Translations under genes and position numbers: made by a program | Origin: Batkoa obscura | Taxonomy: Eukaryota | Direction: 5' to 3' | Assembly (NCBI GenBank): GCA_030770535.1 | Contig: JASVEC010000020.1 | Location: 434,001-498,000, forward strand | Length of the DNA: 64,000 nucleotides | Shown: piece by piece, positions 38,769-55,028 of the stretch | Layout of the letters: every line of letters starts with the position of its first letter | Position numbering within the stretch: position 1 is the first letter of the stretch | Notes under the pieces: generated by a model | Seen by the model: the letters and a program-made list of their open reading frames with translations, nothing else | What the model was told of the DNA's origin: nothing | Databases searched by the model: none

Positions 38769-39362
38769 ATGCATGCCCAATTGTCCAATATAAAACAAGA
38801 GTTATTACAAAAGAACCATGAAATTACTCCGGTAATAGTAGATTTTATTGAAAATAGTGATTATCCAATATGTTATTATCAATATCATTTTACTTTAAAT
38901 ATTTTAAATCAATGTAAAAAACAAGAGCAAGAAGAACAAGAAGAACAAGAAAAACAAGAGGATAATAATAATAATAATATATCTTATCAACAACAGCAAC
39001 AGATTCACTCTCCTTCATTTTTATCTAATTTAAATAATTACTATTCTTCCATAGTCATCCCTTTACCCACTTATCTTGCTTCTATGTGTTATATTATTCG
39101 AGTATCAAAATGTAACTTTGAATGGTATTCATCCATTGATAAATATCAATTAATTATTGCTAGTTTATTATTAGCTAAAAATTATATTCAAGATGAATTA
39201 TTTGAATCTGAAGAAGGTTTATTAAAAGTGAAAGGAGTGGAGGTGGAAGAGGTTTTAAAAGTTCAAGTGGAATTATTTGAAAATTTAGGATTTGAATTAA
39301 CCTTCGATGATGGGTTATATATGTATTATTTACATGACTTTGTTGAATTGTTTTGGGGTTAA
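38769..39362 (+). CDS. Divergent cyclin-like protein (PHO80/PCL-like fold)
   Basis: TYLASMCYIIRV..YQLIIASLLLAKNYIQD..EVLKVQVELFENLGFEL resembles cyclin-box helices. Confidence 0.6.
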   Translation: MHAQLSNIKQELLQKNHEITPVIVDFIENSDYPICYYQYHFTLNILNQCKKQEQEEQEEQEKQEDNNNNNISYQQQQQIHSPSFLSNLNNYYSSIVIPLPTYLASMCYIIRVSKCNFEWYSSIDKYQLIIASLLLAKNYIQDELFESEEGLLKVKGVEVEEVLKVQVELFENLGFELTFDDGLYMYYLHDFVELFWG

Positions 39363-39518
39363 AAGAAGAAAAGAAGAAAAGAAGAAAGAATTTTGTTTTT
39401 TATTATTTTATTTTGGAATAAAGGGTTTTTTAAAATCAATTTTTTTTGCTTATTCTTTACACTCAAATCTTCAAAAATAATTGAAAGCTAGTTTTTACTT
39501 TTTAAAATCCAAGCCAAT

Positions 39519-40556
39519 ATGAATTTAATACAAACTATTCCATCTGATTCGATATTAAAGCACCTTAATAAATTATTAAAGTTAAGTGGTGAACCTTCAA
39601 TATACTCTATAACTTCAATGAATTTAGATTTATGGTTAACAATTTTATTTACTTTATTTATTAAACGTACATCTTCGATTACTATTAATAAATTAGAATT
39701 ATTTCAACAAACAATCTTAAAACTTCAAGAAAAAAATAAAGCTCATTTTGATACTCTTGATATTTCATTGATCCTTTCCAATGATGAAGCCACCTTAAAA
39801 TCTTTTTGTCATAGTTTAATAGCAATCTTAAAAGAAAAAATGATGTATAAATTAAAACCAAATGATTCAAGAAGAGTTTATGAAGCCTTAGAAAGTTTAC
39901 AAGAAGTAGTAGAAAGTTTAGGTTTAGATTATGAATTTGATAATTTTAATCAAGTAGAGGTAACTGTTTGGATGAGCATCATAACCAGTTTATTTAATAT
40001 ACCAGATAAAGAAAAGATGATATTGTTAGCGGAAAGAAACCCATTTTTAGCTATGAAAATTATACTTCAATTATTAGAAAATAAAATATTAAAAAAGCAA
40101 TTAAATTATATCTCTGCATCAGCTATTATCAAACATGATAAGTTTACTTGTACATTATTTACTGAAATCATTATCACCTTAAGTAAAATTGTTATCTTAC
40201 AACCATTTAAAAAAATACGTCAATTTAATTATAATAATCAACTATCGCCTCAATTATTATCTGAAAGTAATTTAGATATATCTGTTGAACCTTCAGTAAT
40301 TTTAGAAACTAATAAAGAAGATTCAAATGATAGTGTTGTACCTAGAATCTCTTTCCAAGAACAACAAAATAGTTTAAGGACATTAAGACAATATCAATTA
40401 GAATTAAAAGATAAAGAGATGATGTTGAAAAATAGTGAAGAAGGAATTGATGTAGATTATAAGCAAATACCACAAGAGTTACAAATTAAATTAGAAGACG
40501 ATATCATTGCTAAAAAATTAAAAGAAAAAAAAATTGAACAATTTTTACAAGATTAA
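39519..40556 (+). CDS. Hypothetical protein with two helical repeats (possibly CEP95 N-terminal/DUF5745-like) and a coiled-coil tail
   Basis: 345 aa ORF; ILQLLENKILKKQLNYISASAIIKHDKFTCTLFTEII pattern; family call weak. Confidence 0.6.
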   Translation: MNLIQTIPSDSILKHLNKLLKLSGEPSIYSITSMNLDLWLTILFTLFIKRTSSITINKLELFQQTILKLQEKNKAHFDTLDISLILSNDEATLKSFCHSLIAILKEKMMYKLKPNDSRRVYEALESLQEVVESLGLDYEFDNFNQVEVTVWMSIITSLFNIPDKEKMILLAERNPFLAMKIILQLLENKILKKQLNYISASAIIKHDKFTCTLFTEIIITLSKIVILQPFKKIRQFNYNNQLSPQLLSESNLDISVEPSVILETNKEDSNDSVVPRISFQEQQNSLRTLRQYQLELKDKEMMLKNSEEGIDVDYKQIPQELQIKLEDDIIAKKLKEKKIEQFLQD

Positions 40557-40699
40557 TTCCTTCTTTTAGGTTAATATTAATATTAATTTGTTTTAAATAA
40601 TAATAATAATAATTATTATTTTAATTCATTTTTTAATTCCATTCAATTTTAATTATAAAAAAATGGTCTTGAATTTTATTCGCGTTAATAACTTCTCAT

Positions 40700-44919
<4,220 letters not shown>

Positions 44920-45259
44920 TTTTTATTCTTATTGCCTCAATAAAAATACAAATGTAAGTTTTAGACTCAATAGTTTTTTTTGATTATAATTGAAATTGCT
45001 TAGAATCTTGATTGAAATAATGCCAATCAAATTAACTGTAGAAATACTAAAAATAGTAAACTCTAGTCTAAAGGCTAAAACTATTATTTTATATTCGTTG
45101 TATGCTTATAGTTTTTTATTTTAAAATGTATATTAAAATCTAATAAATAAAAAAGTAGATAATGACACAGTAATTAAAAATTTAACTAAAGCTTTATTTA
45201 AACTTTTTATAAGTATTAAATGAGAAGTAATATAAAATTGAAATATATAATAAGCTAAC

Positions 45260-48200
45260 TTAAGCAGTTGCAGAAATAGGTTCCTTTTCAGTAGTAGTAG
45301 TTGATTCTTCATAAGAAGACATTGGAGGACAAGAACAGATCAAATTTTTATCACCAAGGGTATCATCTAATCTCGAAACTGTTGGCCAAAATTTAGATTT
45401 TCTTAAATAAGCCATTGGATAAGCAGCAACATTTCTAGAATACGATTTATCCCATTTATCTTGTAATAAAATATCCATAGTATGTGGGGCATTCTTTAAT
45501 GGATTATCTTCACGTGAATATTTCCCATCTTCGATTGATTGAATTTCTTGACGAATTTGAATTAATGCATCACAGAATCGATCCATTTCATTTTTACTTT
45601 CTGATTCAGTAGGTTCAATCATCAAAGTATTAGTTACTGGCCAAGACATAGTTGGTGAATGGAAACCATAATCTTGTAAACGCTTGGCAATATCAATAGC
45701 TTCAATACCAGCTGATTGAATAAATGGTCGAATATCAATAATAAATTCATGAGCACATCTACCATTAGTATTAGTATATAATATTTTATAATGTTCTTTA
45801 AGACGATTAGCCATATAGTTGGCATTTAAAAGAGCAAGTTGAGTAGCTTTTTTAAGACCATCACCACCCATCATTTTAACATAAGCCCAAGAAATAGGTA
45901 AAATAGAGGCTGAGCCAAATGGAGCAGCTGATATTGGACCAATTTGTTCAGCTTTACTTTGAATAGCTGGATGACCTGGTAAAAATGGTGTAAGATGTTT
46001 AGCTACACCAATTGGACCAACGCCTGGACCACCTCCACCGTGAGGAATACAAAAAGTTTTATGTAAATTAAGATGACATACATCAGCACCAATAGTACCT
46101 GGTGATGTAAGACCAACTTGAGCATTCATATTAGCACCATCCATGTAAACTTGACCACCATTTTTATGAATTAATTCACAAATATCAATAATACCATCTT
46201 CAAATACACCAAAAGTAGATGGATAAGTAATCATAATGGCTGCTAAATTCTTAGAATGTTTTTCGACTTTAGCTTTTAAATCAGTTAAATCTAAATTTCC
46301 ATTGGCTTCACATTTGACAGGAATGATTTTCATACCAGCCATAGCAGCAGAAGCAGGATTAGTACCATGAGCCGAAACTGGAATTAAACAAATATTACGG
46401 TGACCTTCTCCACGAGATTCATGATAAGCTTTAATTACTCTTAATCCAGCATATTCACCTTGAGCGCCAGAATTTGGTTGAAGAGAAACGGAATGAAAAC
46501 CAGTGATTTGAGCTAAATCTTTTTCAAGTTCATCAATAAGTAATTTATATCCTTTTGCTTGAGATTCAGGTACAAATGGATGAATATTACCAAATTCTGG
46601 CCAAGTTACTGGGATCATTTCAGTAGTAGCATTAAGCTTCATAGTACAAGATCCTAAAGAGATCATTGAGTTAGCAAGGGAAAGATCCTTTGATTGAAGG
46701 TGATAAATATAGCGTAATAATTCAGTTTCAGAATGATAAGAGTTAAAAACCGGGTGTTCCATATAAGGTGTAGTACGTTGTAAATTCTCAGGTACTTTGT
46801 AGCCTTGAGTTTCGCTAACATTAATGGAGTTAGCAACTTGGAGCAAATCTGATTCACTATGACCAGTAAAACAATAAACAATATCTTGCAAATCTAAACG
46901 AGTCACAGTTTCATCAAGTGTAACACCAACGGCGTTATCACTTACATGACGGAAATTAATCTTTTTACTTTGAGCACGTTCGATGACTTCCTTAGCATTA
47001 CATTCAACAGTTAGAGTATCAAAGAAAGTACCGTTTAATACTTTGATTCCAGATTGAGTTAAAGCAGCTGAGAGGATAGCTGTAAGGTTAAGTATTCTTT
47101 GAGCAATGGCTTTTAATCCTTTTGGACCATGGTAGACACCATACATAGCTGCCATATTAGCCAATAAAGCTTGTGCAGTACAGATATTTGAAGTAGCTTT
47201 TTCTCTTCTGATATGTTGTTCACGAGTTTGGAGAGAAAGACGATAAGCAGTATTACCATGGGCGTCTTTTGATACACCAATAATACGTCCTGGGATACGG
47301 CGCTTATGAATATCAGTACAAGCAAAAAAGGCAGCGTGCGGACCACCATAACCCATTGGTACACCTAAACGTTGGGAGCTACCTAAAGCAATATCTACCC
47401 CAAATTCAGATGGTGGGGTAAGTAAAGTAAGTGCTAATAAATCAGTAGCACAAACGGCTTGTGCGCCTGCCTCATGAACTTTATCAACTATTTTTTTATA
47501 ATCGATAATACTTCCTTGAGTATTAGGATACTGTAATAATTTATAAACATGTCACAATATAAAAATAAACAAATGATTACCTGAAATATAACACCACATA
47601 ATTCACCAAGATGTGCTTCCCAGTCATTTTTACTAAGATCAACTTCTACAACGTTAACACCAAAACCTTCAGCTCTGGTCTTAATACAAGCAATTGATTG
47701 TGGGTGGCAATTCTTATCAACTACAAAAGTCTTTTTCTTACTTCTTGAATGATCGAAGCATAAGGCCATAGCTTCAGCAGCAGCAGTGCCTTCATCCAAT
47801 AAAGAAGCGTTGGCAATTGGTAAACCAGTAAGGTCGGCTACCATGGTTTGAAAATTAAGTAAGGATTCTAATCGACCTTGAGAGATTTCTGGTTGATAAG
47901 GGGTATATTGAGTATACCATCCAGGAGATTCCAAAATGTTTCTTTGAATTACAGCTGGTACAATGGTACCAGTATATCCAGTACCAATATAACTACGATA
48001 AAGTTGATTTTGATCCGCGATATATCGAATACGTTTAATTAATTCCGATTCACTAAAACCATCATCCATACTTGAGAGAGTTTCAGAACGGATCGAATCT
48101 GGAATAGCTTGATAAAGTAAAGTTTCTATATTTTCAACCCCTAAAGCGGATAGCATTTCTTTTATTTGATCTTCTTCAGACCCATTATGACGATTGACAA

Positions 48201-48360
48201 AGGTATCGAGAGGCGCAAATACATCTTTTGGTGCCGGTACTTGTGTATGATGAGTACGTAAGGCAGGCAAAGATTTTGGGTAAGAAAGAGTAGGGACGCG
48301 AGATAAAGTTGCCCTAATTAAATTGCGCTTAAATGTCTGCCTTAAGATCTGATGAAGCAT
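45260..48360 (-). CDS. GCV2: Glycine dehydrogenase (glycine cleavage P protein), one intron at 47531-47580
   Basis: [55 protein letters not shown]; Arg-rich mitochondrial presequence from MLHQILRQ. Confidence 0.97.
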
Positions 48361-48796
48361 CGTTAAAGATAAATAGAAAGTTAAAGAAAGGATTGAGAGT
48401 TGAGGAGGCTTATGTAGTAGCACTAATTAATGATGTAAAAATATGGTTGGTTTATTGAATAATCTCAGTAAATGATTCGTCGTTTTAATCAATAACCGTG
48501 CAGTAAAATAAAACATAATCTCTATATTTAAATGTTCAAGGATTCATTTTTTAGACTATAAGAGGTAATAAGGAGTATTAACTAGCATTATATATTTTTT
48601 AGCTTTCTAAATATGCAACTTAAGTTTAGGAATTATATTTCGAAATTAATTGAACAAATCAATTTGATTTATTGTTCAATTATTCTTAATGAATGGAATT
48701 TTAGTTAAATCACCTGATTCTTAAATATAAAAAAAAATCCAAATAGTGGTTTATCAACAAAGCTAGATTAATTGAATTCCTATTAAATATAATAAA

Positions 48797-48803
48797 TGAG
48801 TCA
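48797..48803. promoter_or_regulatory. TGA(G/C)TCA Gcn4/CpcA-type site upstream of GCV2
   Basis: TGAGTCA ~440 bp upstream of the ATG; could occur by chance. Confidence 0.2.
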
Positions 48804-49680
48804 CTTATTGATAAGTTGTAACATAAAAATTACTAAATACTGCTAATTCACTAAGTTATGAATGTATGATAGAATCGATAGCTTAACTGTTATATCATCA
48901 ATATACTATATACATTATTAAACATATAGAATATTGTCATCGATTGTATTATAGTGATATACTTTAATCAGAATACATTTTGTTTTGAATTCAATATCAT
49001 TTCCAAAGTAGGACTTTTTAAACCAGATGCTTGCTTAATAACTTTGGCTATATTTTATTCTATTTTTACCTGCAGCTAATATTCCCATCTTGAGCTAATG
49101 TTGGATATGGCATAAACCAGTCCACACAAATAGCTTGGCCAATTTTGTTGAATTGCTATAGATTTGCCCAAAATCAAAATTTTAGATCGACTAAGCAAAA
49201 AAATACAATCTGATAAAAGCAATTATTTAAACTATCACTATATGCTTATTGATTTAATATATATAATCGAGTAATAGATTGAAAAACTATGGATGTTTGA
49301 AGTGATATTTTGAAAAACAAGAAAGCCATATAATTAAATAAAAAGGATAATGTTTATAGCATTCTTAAGTCTTCATGAATGCGTTTAAGTTTAATTGATA
49401 ATACTAAAAATGATGCTAAATTAAATGTGGTGAACTTAGTTGATCTTTAAAATGAACTCTTTCAGTAAGGTTAAATAAAATAAGAATAATGAATAAGTAT
49501 AGGATCCGCTTTTAATCCTAAGTTTTTTTATCACTTTTTAAAATAAATTCAAAAATGTAATTTTAAATTCTAAATTCTATCAAACAATTTTAAAAGCAGT
49601 AATAAAAAATATCTACTTAAAGAAAACAAAAAAAGCGTATTAAATCTCTATTACCTCTCATTTAAACTCATACTTTAATA

Positions 49681-50028
49681 TCATTTTTCAATCACTAGTT
49701 TATCAGCACCAAATAAAGAGGAAATGAGCGTTTGTCTTTTAACCACCTCTAAGTCTTCTAAAGCCTTGTTGTAACAATTTATAATCTCTTGTTTATCCTT
49801 CAAGTCCTTGTTACTTCTAAAAGCGTCCTTAGTACGACGCAAACCATACTGTTGAAAGTTATAGCCATTAAACTTTTGGCATTGTTTTAAAAGCTGTTTA
49901 TACACCGACAATACTTGTTGTTTATTAGGCAAATTTTGCACTTTTTGAGTTGAATAGGCTGATACAGCAATTCTTTCTAAGGGCCTTGTTACACGTCTGG
50001 TACTATTTACTATGGCTTTCATTAACAT
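49681..50028 (-). CDS. ISD11: LYR-motif protein ISD11/LYRM4 (Fe-S cluster assembly)
   Basis: QVLSVYKQLLK..FNGYNFQQYGLRRTKDAF..LEVVKRQTLISSLF..KLVIE. Confidence 0.9.
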   Translation of the reverse strand: MLMKAIVNSTRRVTRPLERIAVSAYSTQKVQNLPNKQQVLSVYKQLLKQCQKFNGYNFQQYGLRRTKDAFRSNKDLKDKQEIINCYNKALEDLEVVKRQTLISSLFGADKLVIEK

Positions 50029-50988
50029 TTTAAAAAGTTAAAAAATTAAGTTAAAAAAATTAAGTTTTTAGTTTAAGTTTCTTAAGCGAATCGAATCATT
50101 TGTTAAATTTGAAGAATTTGCTTAGATAAAAGAAACTTGAGAATAATCTTTTAGTGTTCAAAATCATTATATGACATTGTTCAATAATTCCTTTTGCATT
50201 TTGGTATATAAAAGTAATTGTTGAACAATGTTGAAGTTTTTTAGGGGAATTTTGTACCGATTATTTTCATATATTTTGGTAAATTTAAGTCTTTAATTAA
50301 GAAAATTAATATTATAAATAAAATATAAGTTGTAATATCTCCAATAACGGGGATTAATTCGATAAATCTATCAAGTCCAATTTTGATGAGTAAATCGGAG
50401 ATAGCATGCAACGATTGAGCTTGTTTTTAATGATTTTATACAGAAGAGAGATTGTTAGATGGTGGTCTCCTTTTCCTTTAATGGTAATAATTGATGTATG
50501 TTTATAATGCAGCTTCGTTAGGTCTATTAATTCGAATTGTTTAGTTAATATTGGCTTTATTGAATCAACAAAAGATTAAAGTTATTGAGTGGTTTAAATT
50601 TAAATTTCAAGTTTGAGGTATTACTAGAGTTAATTCAAAACTAAGACTTAGTTAAGATTTTAGTACTTTGTTTTTTACTTCTGTAATAGATGACTAATTT
50701 TTCACGTTTTATGCTGTTTAGAAAATAGTTAAAACTTGAAATTTTCAAAGGAATCTTAATAAAAACATTGCTTTGATCATGTAGTTAAAGAACTACAACA
50801 GTGTTAATATTTTTACAAAAGCAAAGCTTATTTTACACAAGATAAATTTCTGCTGCAATTGTTAATAAAAATTTCTTTGGCAAAGCTCAAATATAGTTTG
50901 GCTATGATATTATGCTGTTCACTATAGTTCAGCAAATATTTATGCAACTTAAAAATATTAAATACTGATTAAGGCAGATATAGTATAT

Positions 50989-51076
50989 GGGAGTGTTTTT
51001 TTGGTTTTACCACTTTTTCTACTTTTTGAGCACTATTTGAGTGGAAAAATTATCAAAATCCCCAAAAGTCACCCCC
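50989..51076 (+). mobile_element. Short variant (88 bp) of MITE family A
   Basis: gggagtgttttttt...gtggaaaaattatcaaaatccccaaaagtcaccccc; ATAT TSD. Confidence 0.8.
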
Positions 51077-52477
51077 ATATGTTTTTTATAGTTGTAAGAT
51101 GAAATTATCTATAGATAAATCCTTGATGATGTTGCGACAAGTTATCTTCAGACAAATCAATTTGAATAAAAGTATGTCGAGACGTAGCGAATGATCTAAT
51201 ACAAATGGCATAATGCAACTCTTTAAGTTACAATTAACTTTTAAATACTCACAATTAATGAATAAGAATAGTTTTTTGCTCTATATAATAGTTTAAAAAC
51301 ATATTATTTGAGCAGCTAACTTCTTGACTACATGTCATATTAAACCAGAAATGCCAATTCTCTTCCTCATGGTTTCCAAGACAGTTGCTTCGTTTTCCGC
51401 ATAACGGTAATGGACATGGTTGCGTAGCTAAAGGAAAATCCAATAATCCAAATAGAAAATTTAGTATTAGTGCTTTAAAAATGAAATAAAGGTTGGGATA
51501 TAAATATATAATCAAATTGAATTTAATTGAATTTAGACAATATATAAATAATTATTTGTTACAGGAAAATAGATCAAATAAACAGCAATAAAACTTATGC
51601 TACACCAAAACATAATGAAGTGAGCCAAGTAAAAAAGAAGCATACAATTTTCGATAATAAAGTTGGGTAATATCTGGCAACAAAAGATAAAAAAACACAT
51701 GAAATAATGTATATATCAAATAGAAAAGGATGATAACAGGTATTTTTTAAAAGACACAAGTAGCAAAGGTTTATTAAGCATAGCTAGAAAAAATACAGTG
51801 AATAATGAGTCTAAGTTTACAATTCGTAATTGTATAGTAAAGGAAAAAGGTAGTTAGACTTCAATAATAGTAACAATAATAAAATGATCAATTTGATATT
51901 GACCAATGCTAACAACCACTTTGAATATATTTTAAAAGATACAAAATAAGGTGCCAATATGGTAGCTTTAAATACTTCATTAAAAGATAAACATAAACTT
52001 CTAATAAGATATATAAATCATTTAAATCCGTTTACAAGTTCTATATTTTTAGGACCTACTTAAATTAATATGATTCCGAACATGTATAGATTATAAAAAT
52101 ATCAAAACTTTAATGATTTGTATCGTTATTATTTATTGTTTTGGTATTTTATTGTTTATTATTATAGAACCTAATTAAATCAAATAGCTATGAATTTAAA
52201 AAAAACACGATTGAATCTAAACAAGTTCTGTAAAAGTTTTAAGTTTTTTATCTTTATTAAATGTTATTTTATTTCAGTTTGATATCAAATTTGATGTAAA
52301 TAGCTTTTTCAAGGTATTTAAAATTAGTAGTAACTCTGTTACACAAATACATTATACTAATAACTCTTTATATCTATCCTTACTATAAGACAAATTTTTT
52401 ACTATATAAAGATTGATCTTCGATCTTAGTAAAATAAAGGATTAGTAAATAAATTTAAAACATACTAATGATTATTA

Positions 52478-52575
52478 GGGGATGTTTTTTTGGCTTTATC
52501 ACTTTTTATATCTTTTAAGCATTATTTAAGCGGAAAAATTATTAGTAAAATTCTTGAACATAAAAATACATTTCC
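52478..52575 (+). mobile_element. MITE family A copy
   Basis: ggggatg...catttcc; ATTA TSD on both sides. Confidence 0.9.
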
Positions 52576-53085
52576 ATTAGTTATTAAACTAATGTGTTAA
52601 GATACAATATAGCGAACCTTCATGATTGTTTAACCAAAATAGCTCTATATAAAACTCCAAATTTAGAAACTTATGAAATATATAAAATCATCTTAAAAAT
52701 TCAAAAAATAAAAAGAACAAAATCAATAACGAAATCGGTTATCATCCTATTACAATTTTCGTTTCAATCAGTATTATATAAACAGTACTTTATTATTAAA
52801 CAAAGAGGATCCATACATTGACTTAAATTTTCGTATTTGACTTTTAATTTTATTTCAAAAATTAATCATTGAATTTCCTATGAAATTTGTAATAGTAAGG
52901 TTTTGTAATAGGAATGAGTGTCCTCTATTCATATCAATCAAAACCAGCTTTAGATGGCTTACGCATATTCATATTACTTCTCAGGTCTCCTTATCCGCCT
53001 CATCCGCTTATTTATTTTCAAAAATAGTACATCTATATAAAACAAACAAACTAGACTTTATTTATCTATAGAAATAACAAAATAT

Positions 53086-53181
53086 GGGGATGTTTTTTTG
53101 TCTTCATTACTTTTTCCATTTTTAAGCACTATTTGAGTAGAAAGATTATTAGCAAAATTCTTAAACGAAAAATACACCCCC
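53086..53181 (+). mobile_element. MITE family A copy
   Basis: ggggatg...caccccc; ATAT TSD. Confidence 0.92.
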
Positions 53182-53444
53182 ATATTCTAACCCAAATGCC
53201 CAACTTTTATAAAATAAACTCTTATACGATATTTGTTAGTACAAATTTCGTAGACCCAACATCTATCAGTATTTGCGATAAGTTTATAAGCACAGAATAC
53301 AATACAGAATACAGCATAGGATACATCATAGAATAAACCTCTTGAAGCATAATATCAATATAATATATTGAAATTTCACTGATTATAAGCAGTCATGTTT
53401 ATTGCTTTTCGAATTTGCTCAAAAATAAAAAATAAAATGAATAT

Positions 53445-53542
53445 GGGGATGTATTTTTTTGTTTAAGAATTTTACTAACAATCTTTCTACTCAAATAGCG
53501 CTTAAAAAATGGAAAAATAATGAAATCAAAAAAAACATCTTC
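53445..53542 (-). mobile_element. MITE family A copy
   Basis: ggggatgtatttt...aacatcttc; ATAT TSD. Confidence 0.9.
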
Positions 53543-54098
53543 ATATGTTTTTTGATTTCATTTACTTTTTCCCTCAATAGCTTTGGAAAAAGGGAAAAGT
53601 AACTGAAATTAATAAGAATATCCTTATGTTGATTATTAGTTGTGAGAAGTTAAGTTTTTTAGATTTTGGTAGTATATGTCGTGTAAAAGATGAACAAAGC
53701 TATAAAATTAGGCGTTCTGATAAATTTTGATCAGAAGTTTTTATAGTTAATGTTTTTTTTGATGTATTTAATATAGTAAAATTATTAACTTTATTACATT
53801 TTACTAACATAGACAAAAGCAAAGCAAATAATATTTTAAATGATAAAAAGATTAATATTTAAATTTTTAATTTTAATAATTCTAATTTGTCATAGTGTAT
53901 CAATGAATAGCTTAATTTAGTTCCACTTCTATTATATTTTTAATTTCTAGATAAAGTTGTATGTTTATGAAAACATTCTTTAAACACCAGATAACTTCAA
54001 TAACAGTAATATACATGGTATTAATCATATATAAGAATACAAAAATATTTATTAATAAATAACAAGATTAAACACAACTAATACAAAAAACACCTCAA

Positions 54099-55028
54099 TT
54101 AAGAGGCAGAAAGATAATCGGAATCATCAGAATCATCATCGCTATAATAAGACATTACATTACTCTTCTTAAACGAGCTTACTTCACTATCCACATCATT
54201 GAAATTAAATGGTAAACCAACATCATCTAAATCATCTAAGATTGAATCCAATTCATTGGAAGACGTAGATTCAACTCTACTATGTAGGATAGACCCAGAT
54301 TTAGCTGTTCTGTATGATTTCTTTGAAGAAGCTTCAGTATTGGCCACTGATTTAGGTGCAATAGATTCAGTATAAAATAAGCATTCTTGTGGGCTAACTT
54401 CATCGATAATGGAAGGATCTCCACCACAAATTTTAAACATTTCCTTAATAGAAGGAAAAACAGCTGAACTAGTTTGTCGATATTCGTATAATAAACCAGT
54501 ATTTCCAGGCCCAACGATAAATGTACCACCTAATTGAAATCCATCGCCATAAATATCTCCTGAGATGCCAATAGAGTTTGCTGCTTTTACAGCAGTCCTT
54601 GTAGCAAACGTAAGTAAATCAGATAATCCTTGTACAATCGACATCTTTGTTAACCCTAATGCTTTATGTACTGCACGATCAGTATCTAAATATAAATCCC
54701 AATCCCAATATTTACCATCAATGAATTCTTGTAAACCTACTTCTTCAAAACCAATACCAATTAATTTGACATTCAACTCATCAAAATATGGCTTAAGGTC
54801 AGATAGTAATCGAGATTCATATCGACATAGGGGACAACCAAATCTTCTCAACACTTTTAGTATGACTGTATTATTTTCCCAGAGGTTATTTACCATAATC
54901 GTATCCCCTGTTAAGCTTTGGACTACAATACCTTCGAGGAATCGCTTCTTTTGTTTACGTCCAAACGGCTTCAAATTTTTCATTGTCTTCATGAATGAAG
55001 TTTTATTCATCTTAGTGTTGATCATCAT
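54099..55028 (-). CDS. Peroxiredoxin-like 2 (AhpC/TSA_2, FAM213B-like) thioredoxin-fold protein with acidic Ser-rich tail
   Basis: LRRFGCPLCR, V.LIGIGFE, LYLD, GDGFQLGGTFIVGPG. Confidence 0.88.
   Translation of the reverse strand: MMINTKMNKTSFMKTMKNLKPFGRKQKKRFLEGIVVQSLTGDTIMVNNLWENNTVILKVLRRFGCPLCRYESRLLSDLKPYFDELNVKLIGIGFEEVGLQEFIDGKYWDWDLYLDTDRAVHKALGLTKMSIVQGLSDLLTFATRTAVKAANSIGISGDIYGDGFQLGGTFIVGPGNTGLLYEYRQTSSAVFPSIKEMFKICGGDPSIIDEVSPQECLFYTESIAPKSVANTEASSKKSYRTAKSGSILHSRVESTSSNELDSILDDLDDVGLPFNFNDVDSEVSSFKKSNVMSYYSDDDSDDSDYLSAS

Noticed and set aside
48361..48423. Longer GCV2 N-terminus from the ORF track
   Set aside because: Starts at a non-ATG codon; the ATG at 48360 gives a typical mitochondrial presequence.
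54099..55028. Possible selenoprotein (SelU/PRXL2 family)
   Set aside because: The active site is CPLC encoded by TGT codons, with no in-frame TGA.
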